Shown here: positions 21,302 through 31,357 of the stretch, in pieces
How positions within the stretch are numbered: position 1 is the stretch's first letter
Layout: every line of letters starts with the position of its first letter
Origin: Vicinamibacteria bacterium
Lineage (GTDB): Bacteria > Acidobacteriota > Vicinamibacteria > Marinacidobacterales > Marinacidobacteraceae
DNA length: 64,000 bases
Assembly (NCBI GenBank): GCA_963422395.1
Contig: OY729431.1
Location: 1,248,001 to 1,312,000 of the forward strand
Direction: 5' to 3'
Position numbers and translations under genes: made by a program
Notes under the pieces: model-generated
Databases searched by the model: none
Seen by the model: only the letters and a program-made list of their open reading frames with translations
Told to the model about the DNA's origin: nothing

Positions 21302-24300
21302 CTATCGGCTACCGGACGGGGGCGGCGGAGTGTCGTCCTCCCAGAATCGTTCCGGCGCCGGCCGTTCGACCGGCCAGAGCTGCGCCATCGTGCCCGCGTC
21401 GAACAGTTCGCCGTTCCGCATCACGAACCGCACCGAGTTCGTGTTCCGGATGTCTTCGAGCGGGTCGAGATCGAGCACCTGGAGATCTGCCAGCTTGCCG
21501 GGAGCGAGCGAGCCCAGGTCCTCGGCGAGCCCGATGGCTTCGGCTCCGAAGAGGGTGGCGGCGATCAGCGTCTCGTGCTCGGTGAGTCCGCCGGACTGGA
21601 GCGCCCAGATCTCCCAGTGCGCACCGAGTCCCTGGAGCTGTCCGTGGCTTCCGAGGGCGCACTTCCCGCCCGCCCGGATCACCTTGGTACAGCCCTCGGC
21701 GATTCCCGCATGGACATATTCCTCGGGAAGGAACCACTGGCCGCGGCGTCGGACCATGTTGTCGAGGATCGCGGCGGGTACGAAACGCGCGAGCTTCTCG
21801 TCGCCGACCACATCGGTGTTCTGGAAGAAGTAGTTCTCGCTCCAGGGGCCGCCGTAGGCGACCAGGATCGTCGGGGTGTAGAAGGTTTCGGTGCGCGCCA
21901 CGAATTGCGCCACATCGTCGTGGATCGGGACAATCGGCAGGCTGTGTTCGTTGCCGGAGAACCCGTCCGCCATCTGCGTCAGGTCCAGCTTCAGGTCGAG
22001 CGCTCCTTCGGTGGTGGGGATGAGCCGGTGTTTGGCGGCGGCCAGCGCCACCCACTGCCGCACGATCCGGTCGCCGACCACATACTGCTTGATGGTGATC
22101 GAGTCGTAGGCTTCGGCGTAACGCTTCAGGAAATCGTCGGCGGCGTCGGCGTCATGGACTCCCGAGCGGGAGAAGATCCCGGGGCCGGTGGCGTAGATCC
22201 GCGGGGCGAGGATGTGCCCGATCTCCATGAGGTCGCGGTAGGCGAACACATCCGCGGTGGAGGTCTGCGGGTCGCGGGTGGTGGTTACCCCGTAGGCCAG
22301 GTTGGCGAGGTGCTGGAACACCTGCCGTTGATGGAGCCCTCGCGGCGCCCACATGTGGGCGTGGGCGTCCACATAGCCCGGCAGGATCGTCTTGCCGGAG
22401 ACATCGAGGATCCGCGTTCCCGCGGGCGCGGAAAGCCCGACGCCGACCGCAGCGATCCGGTTGTCTTCGACGAGCACATCGCCGCCGGCGACGATCTCCT
22501 CTCCCGCCATGGTGATGATCTGCGAAGCGCCCCGGAGCAGGATCGTCCCGCTCGGGCGCGCCCGCGGCTCGGTGACCACGGCCGCGAAGGTTTCGGGGGC
22601 GAGGTCCGCTTCGCCGCCGACCGCGGCGGCGGCCTGGCGGTAGATCCGGTTGCCGAGGGACCAGATCACGGCGTCCCCCGAAGCCGACCAGGCGAGGTAG
22701 CCGCCCCCCTCGGGAGCTACTTCCCGGACCGGGACCGGCGGATCACCGCTCCCCACCCGGACTTCGAGCGTCCGATCGCCGAACTGCGGCATCTCCACCA
22801 GGTGATGGCGGTTCTGCAGTTCGAAGAACGCCTGTTTCCCGTCGGGGGCCAGCATGATCTGTTCGGCGGGCGGCGGATTCTTGCCGGCGCCCCGCCCGGT
22901 GACTTTCAGGTGGGTCTTCCGGTCGGTGCCGTCGAGCCGCAGCGAAACCAGGCCGTCGTTCCCGGTGAGGTACACCCGGTCCGGATCGCTCGAAAAGTGG
23001 GGGAAACGGCCGCCTTCCACCGGTCCGATCACGGTCGGTTCCCCGCCGCCGGCCGGCACGAACAGGAGCTCGCTGAGCTCGGCCGGGCGCATGCCGCCGA
23101 TTTCGTCCTCCTCGTTCGTCCCGCCGAGTTCCTGCTGGCCAGCGCTGTAGAGGTCCGTCCTGGAGAGATCCGAGCCGCCAGGTCCCGTTCGCAGGAAGGA
23201 ATAGAGGTGTTCCTTCACCGGGGCGCGCCGCAGCACGATGCCGTCCCCGCCCGGAGTCCAGACCGGCTCGGCGTAGAACGCCGGATCGGTGGTCAGCGCG
23301 GTCCCCGCGCCGCCTGCCGCCGGAGCCGTCTTGAGGTGGCCGCCGCGGCTCGACCAGGTGACATAGGCCACGGTGCTGCCGTCGGGGGCCCACGCCGGCA
23401 TGAATTCGTCCTCGTCGGCATCGGTGAGGCGGGTGGGAGCTCCGCCGGCGAGATCCATCCGATAGATGCGGCTGAATGCGGAGAAGACGAGGGCGTCTCC
23501 GTCCGGCGAGATGCGCGGCCAGCGCACGATCCGAGCGGTTACCTCCGGTCCGTCCTCGACCCGCCGGGGGAAGTGGAGGCGCGGGGCCACCTCGGCCTCG
23601 ACCCGCGCCTCGAAGGGGATCCGGCTCATGGCGCCGGTCTCGAAGTCGATCCGGCGGATCTCTCCGGCGACGGAAGCGATCAGCGCTGAACCGTCGGGAG
23701 TGAAGGCGTAGCCGGGCATGGTGTCGCGGCTCGCTCGGGATTCCTGGTCGTCGCGGGTGACCCCGCTCACCAGCCAGCGTTCTTCGCCGGTATCGAGGTC
23801 GCGCACCCGCAGCGCGGTTTCGGTCCGGTGGCGGGTGGCATAGACCAGCTGCCGACCGTCCGGACTCAGAACCGGGCGCATCGCACTGCCCGGAGCGCTG
23901 GTGATCGTGGTCTCGTCGCCGGTCACCCGGTCGAAGCGGACCACCTGCCAGATCGGAAACTGCGCGTTGTAGTTGAAGGTACCCCGCCGCTCGGAGAAAT
24001 AGATCCAACGGCCGTCTCGATCGGCCACTGCGCCGAGCCGATGGAGCGGCGGCGGTCCGCCGGTCCCCGGAGTCGGCTCCGGCGGCGCCGCTCCGAGCCG
24101 CACCCCGCTTCCGCCGTCTCGGTGGACCAGGAAAACGCCGGCGGTCCGGTCGGGCGGCCGTGCGCGGGAGACCAGCAGGTACTCGCCGTCCTCGACCCAG
24201 CTCGGCGACACCATGAGCTGCGGGCGGTCGCGGGTGGGGCCGTCTTCGGTGACCGCCCTCGGCTCGCTGCCGTCCGCTTTCGCGATCCAGAGGTTTTCGA

Positions 24301-24658
24301 CGCCGCTGCGGTCGCTCAGGAAGGCGATTTCGCTCCCGTCGGGCGAAAAGACCGGCTGGCTCTCGAAGGACAGCCCCCCGACGATCCGGGTGGCTTCTCC
24401 GCCGCTGATCGGCAAGGTGTAGAGGTCCCCGAGGAGGTCGAAGACGATCGTCTGCCCGTCCGGGGAGATATCGAGGGACATCCAGGTCCCCTCGGTCACC
24501 GTGAAGGAAAGCGTCTCCGAAGCGGCGAGCGGAAGTCCCTTCTCTTCTGCTGCATCGGCGTCCTCGTCCTGGCCGGAGGCGGGAGCTGCGGCGAGCGGTG
24601 CCGCGGGGAAGATGGAACCGGCGGCGAAGAAGAGCGAGAGGGCTCGGAGGAAACGCAT
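21302..24658 (-). CDS. Exported amidohydrolase with N-terminal PD40/TolB-like propellers
   Basis: Signal peptide, EGTWMSLDISPDG and SPDG repeats, PGYVDAHAH, GSLAPGKLADL. Confidence 0.9.
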   Translation of the reverse strand: MRFLRALSLFFAAGSIFPAAPLAAAPASGQDEDADAAEEKGLPLAASETLSFTVTEGTWMSLDISPDGQTIVFDLLGDLYTLPISGGEATRIVGGLSFESQPVFSPDGSEIAFLSDRSGVENLWIAKADGSEPRAVTEDGPTRDRPQLMVSPSWVEDGEYLLVSRARPPDRTAGVFLVHRDGGSGVRLGAAPPEPTPGTGGPPPLHRLGAVADRDGRWIYFSERRGTFNYNAQFPIWQVVRFDRVTGDETTITSAPGSAMRPVLSPDGRQLVYATRHRTETALRVRDLDTGEERWLVSGVTRDDQESRASRDTMPGYAFTPDGSALIASVAGEIRRIDFETGAMSRIPFEARVEAEVAPRLHFPRRVEDGPEVTARIVRWPRISPDGDALVFSAFSRIYRMDLAGGAPTRLTDADEDEFMPAWAPDGSTVAYVTWSSRGGHLKTAPAAGGAGTALTTDPAFYAEPVWTPGGDGIVLRRAPVKEHLYSFLRTGPGGSDLSRTDLYSAGQQELGGTNEEDEIGGMRPAELSELLFVPAGGGEPTVIGPVEGGRFPHFSSDPDRVYLTGNDGLVSLRLDGTDRKTHLKVTGRGAGKNPPPAEQIMLAPDGKQAFFELQNRHHLVEMPQFGDRTLEVRVGSGDPPVPVREVAPEGGGYLAWSASGDAVIWSLGNRIYRQAAAAVGGEADLAPETFAAVVTEPRARPSGTILLRGASQIITMAGEEIVAGGDVLVEDNRIAAVGVGLSAPAGTRILDVSGKTILPGYVDAHAHMWAPRGLHQRQVFQHLANLAYGVTTTRDPQTSTADVFAYRDLMEIGHILAPRIYATGPGIFSRSGVHDADAADDFLKRYAEAYDSITIKQYVVGDRIVRQWVALAAAKHRLIPTTEGALDLKLDLTQMADGFSGNEHSLPIVPIHDDVAQFVARTETFYTPTILVAYGGPWSENYFFQNTDVVGDEKLARFVPAAILDNMVRRRGQWFLPEEYVHAGIAEGCTKVIRAGGKCALGSHGQLQGLGAHWEIWALQSGGLTEHETLIAATLFGAEAIGLAEDLGSLAPGKLADLQVLDLDPLEDIRNTNSVRFVMRNGELFDAGTMAQLWPVERPAPERFWEDDTPPPPSGSR

Positions 24659-24782
24659 CCGCCGATTCTACGGGCGGCGCTGCTGCGGCGTTGACCGCTC
24701 GCTGCCGTCCGGGGGACCGGGCGGGCCGAACCACAGGATGCCGACGCCGGAGTGCCGACGCCCGCGGCGATGTCAGGGGCCG

Positions 24783-24884
24783 TCAGAGGAGCGCGAAGAC
24801 AGCGATCATGACGATTCCGCCAGCGAACAGTTCGAGGATTCCGTTACGAATGCACGCGAAGCTGACGGAGAGAGCATTGGTCAT
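24783..24884 (-). CDS. Putative 33-aa hydrophobic small protein
   Basis: MTNALSVSFACIRNGILELFAGGIVMIAVFALL*, with GGGGA upstream. Confidence 0.3.
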   Translation of the reverse strand: MTNALSVSFACIRNGILELFAGGIVMIAVFALL

Positions 24885-24967
24885 GACGATCGTCCCCAGC
24901 TGGTTCTGGTCCAGGTAGAAGAGCCTCGTTGCGCGCAGTGGATTTTCCTCGAGTGCCGCCTGGTGGT

Positions 24968-25161
24968 TAGCAGCTTGTGGACAAAGTCACACGGCCAAAG
25001 GCCGGCGATGCCCAGTTCTCCCGGTGGGGGCCCCGGCTGAACCGCTTCGCTCGGCGTTGCGATTCGGTCGGAATACACCCGGTATGCCTCCCGAATCGCG
25101 CCTTGTCAGCCGGGCGCCTCCCCGACCTTGGGGCTCGCGCCACTTCATCCACAGGCTGCTA
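24968..25161. mobile_element. MITE family A copy (~194 bp)
   Basis: TAGCAGCTTGTGGACAAAGT...ACTTCATCCACAGGCTGCTA. Interior closely matches the copies at 31.1 and 50.1 kb (opposite orientation). Confidence 0.85.
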
Positions 25162-25256
25162 GCAGAGACGCTATACACCTTGCGGAAGGGAGGGATCGGG
25201 GTTGTGATCCGAGATTCGGAGTGGTGCGGATCGGTCGTTCCCCGCTCTCCGAGCGG

Positions 25257-26897
25257 TCAGGTGGTGACGGCGCCGCGGCTCGCCGAGGAGACGGTGCGGG
25301 CGTACTTGGCGAGGGCGCCGGTGGCGAAAGTGGAATCAGGGGGCGAGGGGCGGCGGGATGCAGCGTCGGGCATCTCGATATCGAGGCGGCGGGAGGCGAG
25401 ATCGATGGTGATCCGGTCTCCGTCGCGGACGAGGGCGATGGGGCCGCCGGCGGCGGCTTCCGGCGCCACATGGCCCACCATGAAGCCGTGGGTCGCGCCG
25501 CTGAAACGGCCGTCGGTGATGAGGGCCACCCGATCTCCGAGACCGCGCCCGATGACCGCCGCGGTGACGCCGAGCATCTCCCGCATCCCCGGTCCGCCGC
25601 GCGGCCCCTCGTAGCGGATCACGATCACATCGCCGGCCTCGATCCGTCCGTCCTGGACGGCGGCGAAGGCGGTTTCTTCCGAATCGAAGACGCGGGCCGG
25701 TCCCTGGTGCCGGGTGCGCCGGTGTCCCGCCAGCTTCAGCACGCATCCCGCCGGCGCCAGCGTTCCGGTGAGGATGGCGAGTCCGCCGCGCGTCTTGATC
25801 GGCTCCGCCGCGGGGCGGATCACCTCCTGGCCGGGAGCTTCCGGAGCGGCCCCGGCGAGCTCGAAGAGCGTTTCCCCCGAGACGGTGGGGGTGTCGGCGA
25901 GGAGGTCGAGTTCCCGGAGCCGGCGGCCGAGGAGGCGCATCCCGCCTGCGGCCTCCATTTCCGGAGCGGTGAACTGCCCACCCGGCTTCAGGTCGGCGAG
26001 TACTGGCGTCGCCGCTCCGATCTCGTCGAGATCGTCGAGGGTGAGCTCGCTGCCCGCCTCGTGGGCGATGGCGAGCAGGTGCAGCACCGCGTTCGTGGAT
26101 CCGGCGGTCGCCGACACTGCGGCGTACGCGTTTCGGAGCCCGTCCCGGGAAAGGAACTCCCGTGCCGTCCTGCCCTCCCGCAGGAGATGCATCACCCGCT
26201 CCCCCGCGCGCCGCGCCGCGTCTCCCTTGCGCGAGTCGGTCGCCGGGATCTCGTTCCCCACCATCGGCGAGATTCCGAGGAAGGCGGTGGCGACCGACAT
26301 CGTGTTCGCAGTGAACTGCCCGCCGCAAGCGCCGGCGCCGGGGCAGGCGGCTCCCTCGAGCTCCCGCAGTTCGGCGTCGCTCATCGCCCCTGCGGCGTGC
26401 GCCCCCACCGCCTCGAAGACATCCTGGATGGTCACCGACCGACCGCGAAAGCGTCCGGGCGCGATGGACCCGCCATAGAGCATGAGCGAGGGCAGGTCCA
26501 GCCGGGCGAGCGCCATGACCGTCCCGGGGATCGTCTTGTCGCAGCCGGAGATCGCCACCACTCCGTCCAGCAGGTGGCCGCGCACTACCAGCTCGATCGA
26601 GTCCGCTACCACCTCGCGCGACACCAGCGAAGCGCGCATCCCCGAGGAGCCCATCGCGATCCCGTCGGTGACCACGATGGTGTTGAATTCGAGCGGGGTG
26701 CCGCCGGCGGCGCGGACGCCGGTCTTCACCTGTTCCGCCAGTTCGCGGAGGTGGCTGTTGCAGGGGGTGATCTCGGTCCAGGTGTTCGCGATGCCGATGA
26801 GTGGTTTCGCGATGTCCTCGTCCGAAAGTCCGGCTGCCCGGAACATCGCCCGCGCCGGGGCCCGACTCGGTCCGCTCTTGATCGCATCGCTCCGCAT
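25257..26897 (-). CDS. ilvD: Dihydroxy-acid dehydratase
   Basis: Motifs [48 protein letters not shown]. Confidence 0.97.
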   Translation of the reverse strand: MRSDAIKSGPSRAPARAMFRAAGLSDEDIAKPLIGIANTWTEITPCNSHLRELAEQVKTGVRAAGGTPLEFNTIVVTDGIAMGSSGMRASLVSREVVADSIELVVRGHLLDGVVAISGCDKTIPGTVMALARLDLPSLMLYGGSIAPGRFRGRSVTIQDVFEAVGAHAAGAMSDAELRELEGAACPGAGACGGQFTANTMSVATAFLGISPMVGNEIPATDSRKGDAARRAGERVMHLLREGRTAREFLSRDGLRNAYAAVSATAGSTNAVLHLLAIAHEAGSELTLDDLDEIGAATPVLADLKPGGQFTAPEMEAAGGMRLLGRRLRELDLLADTPTVSGETLFELAGAAPEAPGQEVIRPAAEPIKTRGGLAILTGTLAPAGCVLKLAGHRRTRHQGPARVFDSEETAFAAVQDGRIEAGDVIVIRYEGPRGGPGMREMLGVTAAVIGRGLGDRVALITDGRFSGATHGFMVGHVAPEAAAGGPIALVRDGDRITIDLASRRLDIEMPDAASRRPSPPDSTFATGALAKYARTVSSASRGAVTT

Positions 26898-27020
26898 GGG
26901 ATTCCTCCATGGCCCGATCGTCTGGAGACGAAGTCACGCGCGTCCGATCCCGCTCTGGACACTCGCACCGCGATCCACAGGTGTCGGGGCCGCCCGCTAC
27001 TCTCTCACGAATCGGATCCG

Positions 27021-28157
27021 ATGCCGCCTGCGACAGTTCCCTCGGCACCGGGTTCCTCAACGGCGGAAGGGCCGCCGACCGGCGGCGAGGCGCGGCGTTT
27101 GCGTCGGACGCTGCTCCGCTGGTTCCGGGAGCACCGGCGCTCGCTGCCCTTCCGCGAGAGCCGGGATCCCTGGCGGATCTGGGTATCCGAGGTGATGCTC
27201 CAGCAGACCCGGGTCGAGGCGGTGCTGCCGCGCTACCGAGCCTTTCTCGCGCGCTTTCCCGACCCCGCCGCGCTGGCTGCCGCCGGGGAAGACGAGGTGC
27301 TGGCCGCCTGGTCCGGGCTCGGCTACTACGGTCGCGCCCGCGCCCTCCACCGGGCGGCGCGGACGCTGGCCGCTTCCGGCGGAGGAATTCCGCGCACCGC
27401 GGTCGCACTCCGGGAACTCCCCGGGGTGGGGGAATACACCGCGAGCGCGGTTGCTTCCATCGCTTTCGGCGAGCCCTCCGCGGCGGTGGACGGGAATGTG
27501 CGCCGTGTCTTCGCCCGGCTCTTCGCGGTGCGGGGCGTGCCGGGCCGCGCCTCCTTCGAGAAGCGGATCCGGAGCATCGCCGAACGATTGATGGAGGCGG
27601 ACGGCGCCCTCTTCCCCGGCGAGTGGAACCAGGCTCTCATGGAGATCGGGGCGCTGATCTGCCATCCGACCACCCCGCGCTGCGAGGCGTGCCCCCTGTG
27701 CCGTGCCTGCCGTGCCCGGGCCGGGGGACTCGAACGGGACCTGCCGGAACGACGGCCACGCCTGGCGCCCGTCTCGGTCCGCTGGGCGCAGGCGGTCCTG
27801 CGCGACCGAGACGGGCGGTTGTTGGCGTTCCGCCGCCGCGAGAGCCCGCTACAAGGTCTCTATGAACTGCCGGGTGGAGAATGCCGCGACGGCGAGGCGC
27901 CGGCGAAGGCGCTCGTGCGCGAGGCGGCCCGGTGCTACGGCCTTTCGGTGATTCCGCGGCAGCCGCTTCCTCCATTTCGCCACGCGATCATGAATCGGAG
28001 GATCGAGGTGTTCCCTTTCGAGGCGGACAACCAGGGTCCGCCGCCCTCCCCAGCGCGCACTGGGGCGCGATGGGTCCGGCCCGAAGAAGTGGAATCGCTC
28101 CCGTCGGGTTCCATGCTCCGGAAAACGCTCACCCGGCTCGGGCAGACGGGCTGCTGA
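27021..28157 (+). CDS. mutY: A/G-specific adenine glycosylase
   Basis: WVSEVMLQQT, WSGLGYY, LPGVGEYTA, VDGNV, the C-X6-C-X2-C-X5-C Fe-S motif and a NUDIX-like C-terminus. Confidence 0.95.
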   Translation: MPPATVPSAPGSSTAEGPPTGGEARRLRRTLLRWFREHRRSLPFRESRDPWRIWVSEVMLQQTRVEAVLPRYRAFLARFPDPAALAAAGEDEVLAAWSGLGYYGRARALHRAARTLAASGGGIPRTAVALRELPGVGEYTASAVASIAFGEPSAAVDGNVRRVFARLFAVRGVPGRASFEKRIRSIAERLMEADGALFPGEWNQALMEIGALICHPTTPRCEACPLCRACRARAGGLERDLPERRPRLAPVSVRWAQAVLRDRDGRLLAFRRRESPLQGLYELPGGECRDGEAPAKALVREAARCYGLSVIPRQPLPPFRHAIMNRRIEVFPFEADNQGPPPSPARTGARWVRPEEVESLPSGSMLRKTLTRLGQTGC

Positions 28158-28248
28158 CCTGACGACAGTTTCGCCCCTTTCCACCCCCTCGGCGCCGACC
28201 GGGGACACCGAAGGGAAGCGGTGTCGGGCGCGCTCGACTCGGGCGTTT

Positions 28249-28950
28249 CTATCTCTTGCGTTCCTTCCGGTGGCTCGGAGTCCTTTTTCCCGGGGCTGGT
28301 GGTCGGGGGCCGATTCCCAAGTCTCTGCGGAGCGTCGCGAGAACGCACCAGGCCATGAGCTTCAAGTCCAGCCAAGGGTTCATCGTAGCGATGTAGAGGT
28401 TGTCGTATCGGAGCTTTTCGCGCGGAGAAGCGTGATAGCCGCCGGCAGCCTGGGCGAGGCCGAAGATACCGGGCCGGACTCGGAGACGCCTCCGAAAGCC
28501 GGAAACCTCGAGTTCGATCTGTTCGGTGAGCTCGGGACGCTCGGGGCGCGGCCCCACGAGGCTCATCTCACCCCGGAGGACATGCGCCAACTGCGGCAGC
28601 TCGTCGAAGCGCAAGTGTCGGAGCACCCGCCCCACCGCGGTGATCCTCGGGTCCTTACGAGCCGCCCAGACCGGCCCGAGGCGCTGCTCGGCGTCCACCA
28701 CCATGGTGCGGAACTTCAGCAGTCGGAAGGCCTCTCCGTCCAGGCCCAGCCGGGTCTGTCGAAAAAAGACCGGTCCGCCGTCCTCCAGGCGGATGGCGAG
28801 CGGAATCGAGATCGCCAACAGCAGCCACAGGGGCAGCAGCAGCCAGAAGGAGACGAAGACTACGGCGAGATCGAAGGGGCGCTTGTAGCGGGCGCGCCGC
28901 ATCGGGTCTCGGGTGAGATTTTCGGCGTGCGTCATCAGCCGGGAGCCCAT
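28249..28950 (-). CDS. Bacterial sugar transferase (priming phosphoglycosyl transferase)
   Basis: Motifs KRPFD, GGPVFFRQ.R.G, KFRTM, DPRIT.VG, DELPQL, MSLVGPRPE. Confidence 0.92.
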   Translation of the reverse strand: MGSRLMTHAENLTRDPMRRARYKRPFDLAVVFVSFWLLLPLWLLLAISIPLAIRLEDGGPVFFRQTRLGLDGEAFRLLKFRTMVVDAEQRLGPVWAARKDPRITAVGRVLRHLRFDELPQLAHVLRGEMSLVGPRPERPELTEQIELEVSGFRRRLRVRPGIFGLAQAAGGYHASPREKLRYDNLYIATMNPWLDLKLMAWCVLATLRRDLGIGPRPPAPGKRTPSHRKERKR

Positions 28951-30953
28951 GGATCGCGGTTCGGAGCGAGTTCGAGCGCCGCCTCGAGGTGGTGCAGCGC
29001 GCGCTCGGCGTAGCGGGCATCCGTCGAGGCCACCGCCCCGTAGAGACGCGCCAGCGAGGCGTGGATCTGCCAATTCCGAGGCTCGGCGGCCAGCGCCGCC
29101 CGGGCCTCGGTTTCGGACCAGGCGAGCAGACGCTGCGCTTCGCTGCTCCGGCTGCGGTGTAACTCGCTCCAGTTGCGCTGCAGGTTTTCGAACAGGAGCC
29201 GCCTCGGGAGATTCGCCAGCGGGTCGAAGCGGCGGGTCGCGGTTTCGAAAGGCACCAGCTGGCTCGTGGCCAGGCCGCGGTGGATCGCGCTCGCGCCGGA
29301 GTGGATGGCGTAGTTCACCCCGAGGCCGGCGCCTGCCAGCCCGATCCCACCGACGGCTGCCGCGACCCGCACCCACCCCCGGCGGAAGAGGGCGGAGAGC
29401 GCCGCTGCCAGTCTCTGCGGCAAGCGGGGAAGGGCGCCGGATGCGGGCTCGAGGTGGACCACGACGGCGCTCAGGACCGCGAACTGCACGGAATGGGAAG
29501 CGGTGACGAAGAGCGCTTGGGATGCCACGAAGAAGCTGGTGAGAGCCGCCCCCGCGAAGAGGGCGAGAGCCCGCACCTGCCGATCCGGTGAGAGCGCTGC
29601 GCGCCAGGGGATGAGCAGCGCGTACCCCCAGATCCCCAGGTAGAGCAGCAGGCCCGGCGCTCCCTTGGTGACCGCTTCCTCGACGAGCGTGTTGTGAGCC
29701 TGGTCATGGACCTGCATCGCGGCGCCAAGCCCCGAAGCATGGCGGCCGAACGGGATCAGGTAGTTCTCCGGACCGAAGCCCAGCAGGGGGCGGTCGCCGA
29801 AGCCCCGGATTCCGGCGTCCCACGAAGCGGAACGGGGTCCCATCGAGACCAGGACGTTTTCGTAGAGCCGGTCCAGGCGGGATGTGAGTGGATTGGAAAA
29901 CGCTTTTCCCCATGGAGTGGGCGCCGTGAGGAGCAGCGCGAACAGCCCGGCGGCGCCGGCGGTTGCGAGGAGGATCCGCCACCGGCCCGAGCGCTGCCGC
30001 AGGACGCCGGCAAGACCGAAAGCGACACCTCCCGCGAGGCCGACGATCGTCGAGAGCGAGCCGCTCAGCGTCATGCCGAAGAGGCTCGACATCGCTGCGA
30101 AGATCCATGGCGCTGCCCCCGCCAGGCGGCGGCTCCACCATCTTCGAGCACTCTCTTCCGGGGCGCCCGGCGGGGTGACCGCGTCCGGTGGATCTCGGGG
30201 AGGAGCATTCGGGAAGAACGACTGCCAGGCCAGCCCCAGGGCGAGCAGCAGGTTCACCATCAGATACGCCCCGAGGAAGTCCGCGTTACCGAGCGTCGCC
30301 GCGATCCGCGGGTAGTGCTGTTCCGGGATGGAGCCGAGCAGCGGCCATTCCACAGCGTAGAGGTTGCCGACCGCGATTGCTGCCACCACGCTGCCTACGA
30401 CCACCTGGACGCTCAGGAAACTTCGGATCTCGCGGCGCCCGTGCGTCACCGAGGCGACCACCACGGTGAAGGCGAACCAGTGAGTGAGGTCGATGACCCC
30501 CTGCATTCGCTCGTAGGTGGACCACAAACTGCGGGTGGGGCTCACCCCGAAGACGGCCGCGAGAAGCGCGACGGCGAGACTGGCGCCGAGGAGCCAGAGC
30601 AGCCTCGATCGCGGTGGGCGCCACGCCGGCCGCCAGAGCGCGAGCGGCACCCAAAGCGCGAAGACGACTCCGATCAGCGAGCGCGACCAGATCGCCTTGC
30701 CGACGATGAACGGGTAGGCCGTCTCTCGGCTGAGGATCAGGGGGGTCAGCAGCACCAGCGCGATGCCCACCCGGATGGATCCGACCAGCACCCTCTCCGG
30801 AAGAGAAACCCTTTCCGGCGGCTGGTTTACCGCTGGAGCGGGGCGATCCGCTCTCGGGACCGGCGCGCGCCTCCGCTTCCGCCTCGATACCCCCGATGCC
30901 TTCCGCTTCGATCCGGAGCGGAAGGCCTGCCCCTCCGGTGAGCCCCGCTTCAA
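28935..30953 (-). CDS. O-antigen ligase (Wzy_C) family membrane protein with C-terminal TPR-like region
   Basis: SLWSTYERMQG, RIAATLGNADFLGAY, PLLGFGPENY, DQAHN and many TM segments. Start uncertain (TTG at 30953 chosen; the ORF stays open to 31307). Confidence 0.8.
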   Translation of the reverse strand: MKRGSPEGQAFRSGSKRKASGVSRRKRRRAPVPRADRPAPAVNQPPERVSLPERVLVGSIRVGIALVLLTPLILSRETAYPFIVGKAIWSRSLIGVVFALWVPLALWRPAWRPPRSRLLWLLGASLAVALLAAVFGVSPTRSLWSTYERMQGVIDLTHWFAFTVVVASVTHGRREIRSFLSVQVVVGSVVAAIAVGNLYAVEWPLLGSIPEQHYPRIAATLGNADFLGAYLMVNLLLALGLAWQSFFPNAPPRDPPDAVTPPGAPEESARRWWSRRLAGAAPWIFAAMSSLFGMTLSGSLSTIVGLAGGVAFGLAGVLRQRSGRWRILLATAGAAGLFALLLTAPTPWGKAFSNPLTSRLDRLYENVLVSMGPRSASWDAGIRGFGDRPLLGFGPENYLIPFGRHASGLGAAMQVHDQAHNTLVEEAVTKGAPGLLLYLGIWGYALLIPWRAALSPDRQVRALALFAGAALTSFFVASQALFVTASHSVQFAVLSAVVVHLEPASGALPRLPQRLAAALSALFRRGWVRVAAAVGGIGLAGAGLGVNYAIHSGASAIHRGLATSQLVPFETATRRFDPLANLPRRLLFENLQRNWSELHRSRSSEAQRLLAWSETEARAALAAEPRNWQIHASLARLYGAVASTDARYAERALHHLEAALELAPNRDPWAPG

Positions 30954-30967
30954 TCCGGAGCGGAAGG
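30903..30967. repeat. 23-bp direct repeat x2 (42-bp period)
   Basis: CCGCTTC(G/A)ATCCGGAGCGGAAGG at 30903 and 30945. Confidence 0.8.
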
Positions 30968-31128
30968 TCCGCCTGTACCGGGGAACGCTTCCACTCGCAC
31001 CAACACCATCGAGACGTAATTCTACCGAGGAGCCGGTGGAGTTTCGCCGGCGTTCTCCCCGGGGCCCCTGCGGCACCGGCGCCCGGATGGCTCTTGGTGG
31101 TTTTAGCCGCCTGTTTCCGAAACCCTTC

Positions 31129-31316
31129 GGCCGTGGAGAGTAGCGAGCGAGCCCCAAGATCGGTGAGGCGCCCGGCGGACAAGGCGCGATTCGGGAGGCA
31201 TACCGGGAGTATTCCGACGGAATCGCAACGCCGAGCGAAGCGTTCAGCCGGGGCCCCCACCGGGAGAACTGGGCATCGCCGGCCTTTGGCCGTGTGACTT
31301 TGTCCACAAGCTGTTG
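31129..31316. mobile_element. MITE family A copy (left end degenerate)
   Basis: Interior is the reverse complement of the 24968 copy. Right end ACTTTGTCCACAAGCTGTTG. Confidence 0.8.
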
Positions 31317-31357
31317 AGGACCAGAGGCATGGATAGACTGCGCCCTCCCCGGTGCCC

